The notes under the pieces: generated by a model
The model's input: the letters and a program-made list of their open reading frames with translations, nothing else
What the model was told of the DNA's origin: nothing
Databases searched by the model: none
Shown here: positions 18,127 to 24,974 of the stretch, piece after piece
How positions within the stretch are numbered: position 1 is the stretch's first letter
Layout of the letters: every line of letters begins with the position of its first letter
Origin: Bacteroidales bacterium
Lineage (GTDB): Bacteria; Bacteroidota; Bacteroidia; Bacteroidales; JAIORY01
Length of the DNA stretch: 34,575 nt
Direction: 5' to 3'
Assembly (NCBI GenBank): GCA_030630005.1
Contig: DAOVNY010000003.1
Coordinates: 1-34,575 of the forward strand
Translations under genes and position numbers: made by a program

Positions 18127-18200
18127 CATTAACAATTTATAATTAACCATTAATAATTATTCTACTCATTGTCAATTTTCAATTTTCCATTATCAATTAA
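18127..18200. repeat. 7-nt tandem arrays (CATTAAC/AATTAAC and CATTGTC/AATTTTC) upstream of four-helix-bundle gene, inverted relative to 17713-17757
   Basis: 18144-18159 is the exact reverse complement of 17719-17734; second half overlaps the Bro-N 3' end. Confidence 0.85.
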
Positions 18201-19016
18201 GTTGTTTTTATCAGAAACAACGCTTCTTCCTAACTCTTTTTCAGTATTTCTTCTTGCATTTCCTGCAACTTTGCCACCTCTTTTAGCTACACTTTTATTT
18301 TTATAAAAGGTATCGGGTTTCTCTTTTTTAGAAATCTCTGTGGTAACCCGCTCTCCTAACATTGTGAAAATAAGCTCCAAATCATCCATATTGTCACGTA
18401 AGTTAATTTTCGACTTTTCAGGGATGTTTTTAAACTCTTTATATTCACTTGGTGTCATACCAAAAGTTGCTTTGGAAATTTCGGCAGTTAAAATAGCATA
18501 ATCTCTATGTTCTTTTATACCTCGCTCTTTCCATTCATCCGTTAAGTTTTGTCGAATGGCAATTCCTCGCAGTCGTTTATCAATCCAATCTTTTGGATAG
18601 CCCTTTTGCTCATAAATTTCTTTCATCCGTTCTTGAGCAAGTTCGGGGTTTTCTATCTCATCTAAGCGTTCTTTACCCACTTGTGCCAACCACTGTTTAA
18701 ATGGTTCAGCTTTTTTTGATGGAATGGATTGAATTAAACGTAGAATATCTTTTGTATCAGCAATATCAGTCATTCTCATTTTACCATCGGCAGATAGCAT
18801 TTTCAACCGGTTACAATTTGTAACCGTTTCGTTCCCCTCTTTTAAAAGTCTATGTTTTAAAACTTTCCAATAATTTCTTGCCCCCTGATAATCTTTCTGT
18901 TCTGTTAATATTTCTACAATATCAACAATTGAAAAATACCATTTTTCTTCTGTTTCGTCCCAGTGAGTTCTGATTTTTTGCTCTTGAAAAAGTTGTAATT
19001 TATTTGATTTATCCAT
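18162..19016 (-). CDS. Bro-N domain (antirepressor-like) DNA-binding protein
   Basis: IRTHWD..WYFSIVDIV, RNYWKVLK, DGKMRMTD, RLIQSIPSKKAEPFKQWLA, NLRDNM motifs. Confidence 0.88.
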   Translation of the reverse strand: MDKSNKLQLFQEQKIRTHWDETEEKWYFSIVDIVEILTEQKDYQGARNYWKVLKHRLLKEGNETVTNCNRLKMLSADGKMRMTDIADTKDILRLIQSIPSKKAEPFKQWLAQVGKERLDEIENPELAQERMKEIYEQKGYPKDWIDKRLRGIAIRQNLTDEWKERGIKEHRDYAILTAEISKATFGMTPSEYKEFKNIPEKSKINLRDNMDDLELIFTMLGERVTTEISKKEKPDTFYKNKSVAKRGGKVAGNARRNTEKELGRSVVSDKNNLIDNGKLKIDNE

Positions 19017-19035
19017 ATTAATTCCTTTTAAAATT

Positions 19036-19100
19036 ATTCAGTTGTACCCAAATTGGGTACAACTGAATTTTGTAATCTATCTAGGGACAATTTGTCCCTA
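19036..19100. repeat. Two perfect palindromes (16-bp and 9-bp arms, 1-nt centre)
   Basis: ATTCAGTTGTACCCAA-A-TTGGGTACAACTGAAT (19036-19068); TAGGGACAA-T-TTGTCCCTA (19082-19100). Confidence 0.9.
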
Positions 19101-19156
19101 TGTTAAATCTTATATTCTCCACTATACAAAATTTTAAATTCTTAATCAAAACCCAA

Positions 19157-19246
19157 TCAAGAAACTTTTTTATGCCACTCCCCGTAAGCTTCTTTGCCTT
19201 GAAATACTACAAGTTTATTTTGTGGAGCTATATTTTTATTCTTCAT
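19157..19246 (-). pseudogene. Probable 5' relic of a second Bro-N-like gene
   Basis: MKNKNIAPQNKLVVFQGKEAYGEWHKKVS* resembles the neighbour's N-terminus MDKSNKLQLFQEQKIRTHW. Confidence 0.5.
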
Positions 19247-19260
19247 TATTTGATTGTCTG

Positions 19261-20013
19261 TTAAAATATTGCATATTGTTGTTCAATAATTTCAGGATAT
19301 TGTTGCCAAATCTTACCATCTAAAATTTTTCCATTTTGCTTTTTATTTCGTTTTACTTTATCAGCCCCCAAAGTACCCCATTGTTTAAAGAAAAAAGCAA
19401 TATCTTTTTCTTCACATTGCTGTTTTATGTTTAAGACCCAACTTTTTTCCATTGACCTTGCCCTGTTGCCACTTTCTCCACCAACAATTACCCAATCAAT
19501 GTTTTCAAAATTTATTCTTCCCAAATCTTCAAGTAATGGTTCTACCGAAAGAAATAAAACACTTGCTTTTAATTGTCTTAATTTGTCTATCCTTGGCAAA
19601 CCTTCTTTTTTGTTATCAACTGTTACGCCAAGCCAAATATTTTTAGGTATTTCTCTTTGAGACAGATATTGAAACATTCTATCCGCCCTTTTTGTCAGAA
19701 TTTGATAAGTGTGATGCGGTGTTTCTTTAATTACATCAAAAATTTTATTCAAATATTCTTCGGGCATATCTTTATGAAAGATATCACTCATTGAGTTAAC
19801 AAAATAAACAGTTGGTTTTTTTCTTTTAAAAGGGTCATTTAGCCTACTTGGCACAGTATTAAATGTAAAACCATTTTCATAGCCTTCAACTCCCATCGCC
19901 TGTAATCGGATAGCCATTGTTTCAGCATAGCAATTTTTACAGCCTAAACTAATTTTTGTACAACCTGCCGAAGGGTTCCACGTTTGCTCTGTCCATTCTA
20001 TTTTATGTGCCAT
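19261..20013 (-). CDS. DUF5131 / phage Gp37-Gp68 family protein (radical-SAM-like three-Cys motif)
   Basis: Start moved to ATG 20013; IEWTEQTWNP..GCTKISLGCKNCYA, VNSMSDIFH, QILTKR, SVEPLL, GGESG, FFFKQWG. Confidence 0.92.
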   Translation of the reverse strand: MAHKIEWTEQTWNPSAGCTKISLGCKNCYAETMAIRLQAMGVEGYENGFTFNTVPSRLNDPFKRKKPTVYFVNSMSDIFHKDMPEEYLNKIFDVIKETPHHTYQILTKRADRMFQYLSQREIPKNIWLGVTVDNKKEGLPRIDKLRQLKASVLFLSVEPLLEDLGRINFENIDWVIVGGESGNRARSMEKSWVLNIKQQCEEKDIAFFFKQWGTLGADKVKRNKKQNGKILDGKIWQQYPEIIEQQYAIF

Positions 20014-20022
20014 AGTTATCAA

Positions 20023-20646
20023 CTAATAAAATTTATCATTATCCCAATTATCAGGATTATTTTTAATGTATTCTGTAATTGTATTATATGAATTTTCATT
20101 TCGTATTATATGTTCCCAATAATTTCGTTGCCATATTTTTTTATCAAATGGTTTCCAATTTTTTGTTTTTACCCCGCGAATATATTCAACGGTGGTAATG
20201 GATTGAAATGCTCCAACCATTTGACCTAACGTTTTTTTATTTTGAATTTCCGTTGGGGTTTCCGTTGGGGTTTCCGTTGGGGCAATCCCTTGTGGTTGCC
20301 CTTTTTGATTTGGGTCGACCACGAGGGTCGCCCCTACGGTATTTTCGTTTTGGGTGGATGCGTTGTTATTCGGGGAAACGATTTCCAATATGGCGTGAAA
20401 ATGGTTGGGCATTGTAATATATTTGTGTAATTGAACGTTTTTAAATCGTTCGGTTAATTTTAACCATTCGTTATTTATCATTATTCCGGCATCATTCAAA
20501 ATCATTTTGCAGTTTTTAATATTACCAAATAAATGTTCCCTGTTTTGACAAACAATGGTAACAAAATACAATCCTGCCTGCGAATAATCATATCCTTTTA
20601 ATCGGATTGACCTACGATGATGAATATTTGGATTATATTTTGTCAT
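20023..20646 (-). CDS. REP-associated tyrosine transposase (RAYT/TnpA-REP, IS200-like HUH Y1)
   Basis: RRSIRLKGYDYS..GLYFVTI, MPNHFH (HUH), WQRNYWEHIIRNE, YIKNNP. Confidence 0.9.
   Translation of the reverse strand: MTKYNPNIHHRRSIRLKGYDYSQAGLYFVTIVCQNREHLFGNIKNCKMILNDAGIMINNEWLKLTERFKNVQLHKYITMPNHFHAILEIVSPNNNASTQNENTVGATLVVDPNQKGQPQGIAPTETPTETPTEIQNKKTLGQMVGAFQSITTVEYIRGVKTKNWKPFDKKIWQRNYWEHIIRNENSYNTITEYIKNNPDNWDNDKFY
20247..20337. repeat. Inverted REP pair plus 12-bp x3 tandem inside the transposase gene
   Basis: Minus strand GTAGGGGCGACCCTCGTGGTCGACCC (20337-20312); plus strand GTTGGGGCAATCCCTTGTGGTTGCCC (20276-20301); TTTCCGTTGGGG x3 (20247-20282). Confidence 0.85.
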
Positions 20647-20649
20647 AAA

Positions 20650-21858
20650 TTAAAATTCCCCATTAAACGCTTTTTGCAAAACCGACTTTTTTAATTCCCC
20701 CAAATCTACAATTTTTTTCTGATAAACAGCTTCCAATCTTTTGGTTTCGGCTGAAAGAGCATCAAGTTTTTTGACAATGGTTTGTTGTTCGGATAAGGAT
20801 TTTGGAAATGGAATAATAATACTTTTTACTTCGCTATTTGTTACTGCTGGGTAACTTGCTCCTTTTTGAAGTTTCTCCATTTGTTGATTAAACCCAAAAG
20901 TTAAAAGGAAGTAATAAATGAAATTGTTATTCAAAAAATCTTTTGCCCTTAAAACATAATAACCCGTACTACAAACCTGATTATTATATTCTTCTGTAAT
21001 TATTGTAACTCGACTATGTGTTGGGCGAACAGTTGCAAAAATTACATCATTTGTTTTTATAAGTTTTCTTGCTCTACTTGGTGCATCTTTACCTAACAAT
21101 ATAGATGTTTCTTCAATCTGTTTTGTTTCTTTATTAACGCTTGATACATCAAGATAAATAAATTCTTCGTTAGGATTTAATTTTGGGTTTACTGTTTCTG
21201 TTTTTTGAAGGACTTTCCCCAAAGTCTTCTCTTCCCAATCATCTCCTTTATTCTCAAACACCCCTTGCAAATAACTCTCAAAAAGTTCCTTAGAATTTTT
21301 AAGGTTTTGTTCGGCATTGGTTTTTGCCTTGGCTATGGCGGCAAAGGCTTTATCAAGAATGGCTACTATGCGTTTTTGTTCGGAGAGTGGTGGGAGTGGG
21401 ATTTGGATTGCTTCAATTTGAGCCTTATTAATTGAATTAAAAACTGCACCTGTATTACAAACAATCTCATTTTCGTGTTTTAATAAATAATTAAATAGAA
21501 ATTCTTTTTCAATTAATTTACTTGCTCTAATTGCTGCAAGTCCACGACCAATACAAATTCTTTGAGTTGAAAAATTTATTGGACCAACAGGAGCACGAAC
21601 TGACATTAAAATATCGTTTGCTTTTGCTTCTTTAGTTATTTTGGTTGTCCACTTAGTTGGTTCTCCAATGTATTTTTTAGTAAATTCCTTCTTGCCCTGA
21701 TAAAAAGGCAATCCATTTTCTTTTGTATTATAGTATTTTCCCTCTGGTGATTGACCTGCAATTACTTTACAAACCTCCCCCAACTTTTTCATTTCCCAAC
21801 CCTTCTTTTTCAATTGAAAATTATTTTCATTGTCCACTATCAATTGTCCTTTATCCAT
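20650..21858 (-). CDS. hsdS: Type I restriction-modification specificity subunit
   Basis: Start moved to ATG 21858; GWEMKKLGEV, two TRDs, PLPPLSEQKRIV and PKSLSEQQTIV conserved regions. Confidence 0.93.
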   Translation of the reverse strand: MDKGQLIVDNENNFQLKKKGWEMKKLGEVCKVIAGQSPEGKYYNTKENGLPFYQGKKEFTKKYIGEPTKWTTKITKEAKANDILMSVRAPVGPINFSTQRICIGRGLAAIRASKLIEKEFLFNYLLKHENEIVCNTGAVFNSINKAQIEAIQIPLPPLSEQKRIVAILDKAFAAIAKAKTNAEQNLKNSKELFESYLQGVFENKGDDWEEKTLGKVLQKTETVNPKLNPNEEFIYLDVSSVNKETKQIEETSILLGKDAPSRARKLIKTNDVIFATVRPTHSRVTIITEEYNNQVCSTGYYVLRAKDFLNNNFIYYFLLTFGFNQQMEKLQKGASYPAVTNSEVKSIIIPFPKSLSEQQTIVKKLDALSAETKRLEAVYQKKIVDLGELKKSVLQKAFNGEF

Positions 21859-22714
21859 TGTCAATTGATTTAATTTTATCCAAAACCTTAACAGAAGAGA
21901 TATCCATTTTAGAAAAGGCAAACCATTTTTTACCAAGGTCTTTAAGTGAAGCCCCAAAGTGGTATATTTCTTTTTCATCAATAATAAGAAAGCGGTCGTG
22001 AGCATCTTTAAACTTTTTTACTTCTATGGTTTGGTATTGCTCGTTATGTTTCTTTATATCCAAGCTAAATTGTTTTGAGATAGTTTTAGTAAGAATAGTA
22101 AAACTTACGCCATTTTTTCGCTTTGCAAAATGAGTTAAAACTGTATCATCAACATAATTATCTATCAGAATTATAGATTTCTTTGCTGTCCGAAGCAAAT
22201 CGGAAACAAAAGAGTAAGCATCAAATATTTGTCCTTTAAAGAAAACATCTTGCTTAGGCGGTAAACTCGCATTTATTTGTAAATCAATACCATCAACTCT
22301 TTCCATTATGGTATGAACATTATCTTCAATACGGTTCATTCTTTGATTTAAGGAGTAGCCTTTTAATAAATAATCTTTTAGAATTTTATTTGCCCATATA
22401 CGAAATTGCGTACCTTGTTTCGATTTTACTCTATAACCAACAGAAATAATTACATCAAGATTGTAGTGTGCAATTTGTCGTTCAACTTGTCTTTCTCCTT
22501 CATTTTGAACTGTCGCAAAATTTGCGACAGTTGAACTTTTATTAAGTTCTCCCTCGTCAAACACATTATTTATATGCTTTCCAATAGTTTTTATATCTCT
22601 ATCAAACAAAACCGAAATTTGCTGTCTGTTTAGCCAGACAGTTTCGTCTTCTACTTTCACTTCTAATCGTGTTAGAAGCTCCTCTGACTGATATAGTATG
22701 ACTTCATTCTTCAT
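21851..22714 (-). CDS. RhuM-family DNA-binding protein with C-terminal PLD-like extension
   Basis: ETVWLNRQQ, YNLDVIISVGYRVKS..GTQFRIWA; C-terminal IILIDNY and HDRFLIID...GASLKDLG. Confidence 0.85.
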   Translation of the reverse strand: MKNEVILYQSEELLTRLEVKVEDETVWLNRQQISVLFDRDIKTIGKHINNVFDEGELNKSSTVANFATVQNEGERQVERQIAHYNLDVIISVGYRVKSKQGTQFRIWANKILKDYLLKGYSLNQRMNRIEDNVHTIMERVDGIDLQINASLPPKQDVFFKGQIFDAYSFVSDLLRTAKKSIILIDNYVDDTVLTHFAKRKNGVSFTILTKTISKQFSLDIKKHNEQYQTIEVKKFKDAHDRFLIIDEKEIYHFGASLKDLGKKWFAFSKMDISSVKVLDKIKSIDNG

Positions 22715-24201
22715 ATCAAGCTTTTTATATTTTCTAAAATAGTTGCACTTTCTTTATCCAGTTCAGTCATATTTTTCAAAATTTCGGCAGGTTGGCGTAG
22801 TGGTGCTTCTTCGAGCGTATTCGGGTTTTTAGCGGAAAGGTCCATTTCGGCTACGCTCAATGAACTTATATCTACAGTCCAAGAATTTTCGCTTTCCTTT
22901 TGCGTTTTCTGGAACTCAACAAACTCTGCTAAATCATTTTCGTTAAGCGGATTTGTTTTGCCGAGGTTTCTGTCTAAATTCAGTTGGTAAAACCACGTTT
23001 TTTGTGTGGGCTTTCCTTTTTCAAAAAACAAAACTACGGTTTTAACACCTGCACCTGTGAAAGTTCCGCCCGGCAAATCTAAAACGGTGTGCAAATTACA
23101 ACTGTTCAATAATTCTTTACGCAAGGCAATGGAAGCATTGTCGGTATTGCTTAAAAAAGTATTTTTAATTACAACACCTGCTTTTCCACCAGCCTTCAAT
23201 ATTTTAATAAAATGCTGCAAAAACAGACTTGCAGTTTCTCCTGTTTTTATGGGAAAGTTTTGTTGCACTTCGGCACGTTCTTTTCCACCAAAAGGAGGAT
23301 TAGCCAAAATTATATCGTAACGGTTTTTTTCTTGTATATCGGCAAGGTTTTCGGCAAGTGTGTTGGTATGCACAATATTAGGGGCTTCAACACCGTGCAA
23401 AATCATATTCATAATACCAATAATATAGGCAAGCGATTTTTTCTCTTTGCCGTAAAAGGTCTTCTTTTGTAAAGTATCTGTATCGGTAGTAGAAAGAGAC
23501 ACCCTGCTGTGCGTCTTTACATTTTTAAGATATTCAAAAGCTTCCACCAAGAAACCCGCAGAACCAACCGCACCATCATAAATTTTGTTGCCAATTTGGG
23601 GAGCAACCACTTTTACTATGGTTTTAATCAGAGGTCGTGGTGTGTAGTATTCGCCACCGTTTCGTCCTGCATTTCCCATATTTTTGATTTTCCCTTCGTA
23701 CAAGTGGCTCATTTCGTGCTTTTCTTTATGAGTTCTAAAACGAAGCTCGTCAATTAAATTTACAACTTCTCGGAGATTATAACCGCTTTGAATTCTGTTT
23801 TTCAATTCGCTAAAAATCTCGCCAATTTTATATTCTATGGTATTAGCATTTTCAGCATTGGTTTTAAATTTTTTCAGATATTGGAAAAGTTCACCGTTTA
23901 CAAAGTCCACAAGGTCATCGCCTGTTAATGCGTTGTGGTCAATTCTTGTGCTGAGTCTTGTCGAAGTATTTCCGTTTTCTAATTTTGGTGCAGCCCAAGT
24001 AGTCCATTGATATTTTTTGTCAATAATTTTTTCGTAGGTTTTTCCTGAAAGTTCGGCTGCAGTCTGTTTGTCTTTTTCTAAGTCGTCCAAGTATTTCAAA
24101 AACAATACCCAAGAGGTTTGTTCTACATAATCTAATTCACTTCCACATCCTGCGTCTTTGTGGAGTATGTCGTCTATATTTTTAAAAGTCTGTTCAAACA
24201 T
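22711..24201 (-). CDS. hsdM: Type I N6-adenine DNA methyltransferase subunit
   Basis: GEYYTPR, DGAVGSAGFL (motif I), NPPF (motif IV); cotranscribed with hsdS/hsdR. Confidence 0.95.
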   Translation of the reverse strand: MFEQTFKNIDDILHKDAGCGSELDYVEQTSWVLFLKYLDDLEKDKQTAAELSGKTYEKIIDKKYQWTTWAAPKLENGNTSTRLSTRIDHNALTGDDLVDFVNGELFQYLKKFKTNAENANTIEYKIGEIFSELKNRIQSGYNLREVVNLIDELRFRTHKEKHEMSHLYEGKIKNMGNAGRNGGEYYTPRPLIKTIVKVVAPQIGNKIYDGAVGSAGFLVEAFEYLKNVKTHSRVSLSTTDTDTLQKKTFYGKEKKSLAYIIGIMNMILHGVEAPNIVHTNTLAENLADIQEKNRYDIILANPPFGGKERAEVQQNFPIKTGETASLFLQHFIKILKAGGKAGVVIKNTFLSNTDNASIALRKELLNSCNLHTVLDLPGGTFTGAGVKTVVLFFEKGKPTQKTWFYQLNLDRNLGKTNPLNENDLAEFVEFQKTQKESENSWTVDISSLSVAEMDLSAKNPNTLEEAPLRQPAEILKNMTELDKESATILENIKSLI

Positions 24202-24289
24202 TTATTTTCATTCTTTAATTTAATTCAAGAAAGTAAAAATACCATTAATTCAATTATACTTCCAAGATGATGAATTATTCAAAATAACA

Positions 24290-24961
24290 CTAATTTCCTA
24301 ACATCTCGGAAGATATTAATTCACCCGAATCATATAAATATGTTTCTATTATTTTTCCATCCCAGTCCCAAGAGGTTTCTTTTCCGTGCCTGACAGAATT
24401 TTTATAATGTATTTCTCTTTTCAATTTACCGTTCGGATACCAGGCTTTCATTGTTCCTGAACCATTAATATAATCTCCTATTCCTAAAACACTTCCATTT
24501 TTATCATAATACATCCATCTTCCATCAATGTTTCCATGAAAATATTCTCCTTCTATTTGTATTTGTCCATCAGAATACCATTGTTTTACAGTTCCATGAA
24601 GCGTATCATTAATATAATTTTCTTCCGAAACTTTCCTGCCGGTTACATTCCATGTTATTGAAATTCCGTTAAGCAAATTATTTTTATAGTTTTCTTCTGA
24701 TTGTTTTATCCCGTTATCAAACCATCTTATCGAGGGACCATTCAAAAGATCATCAGTATAATTAGATTGCATCTTCAGTTTTCCATCTTTATACCACCAT
24801 TTTGCAGTTCCATTTATTTTTTTTCTCTGATAATTAATTTCAGATTTTTTATTTCCATTTTCCCAATATGTTACCTCCGTATTATTGCAGGAAACTAAAA
24901 AAAATGTAATGATAAAAATAAGTGGTAAAATTTTTTGATTTGTTTTTATATTGATTCTCAT
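24290..24961 (-). CDS. MORN-variant repeat (YwqK-like) lipoprotein
   Basis: Lipobox LVSC; repeated W(Y/F)xNG.K...NY.NG.L.G units. Confidence 0.85.
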   Translation of the reverse strand: MRINIKTNQKILPLIFIITFFLVSCNNTEVTYWENGNKKSEINYQRKKINGTAKWWYKDGKLKMQSNYTDDLLNGPSIRWFDNGIKQSEENYKNNLLNGISITWNVTGRKVSEENYINDTLHGTVKQWYSDGQIQIEGEYFHGNIDGRWMYYDKNGSVLGIGDYINGSGTMKAWYPNGKLKREIHYKNSVRHGKETSWDWDGKIIETYLYDSGELISSEMLGN

Positions 24962-24974
24962 TATTTATTAGGTT

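Noticed and set aside
18162-20013. Prophage suggested by Bro-N and Gp37/Gp68 genes
   Set aside because: No integrase, structural, terminase or lysis genes; both lie inside the R-M operon
20650-21858. Phase-variable hsdS shufflon
   Set aside because: Only one hsdS, no silent TRD copies, no recombinase
21859-22005. N-terminal extension of HsdS in the ORF track
   Set aside because: Overlaps the RhuM gene in another frame; ATG 21858 fits translational coupling. Upstream extensions at 3303, 4543, 5687, 20022 and 29492 were trimmed for similar reasons
24290-24961. Toxin-antitoxin module implied by the YwqK label
   Set aside because: No adjacent toxin; a MORN-variant lipoprotein downstream of a LysM gene
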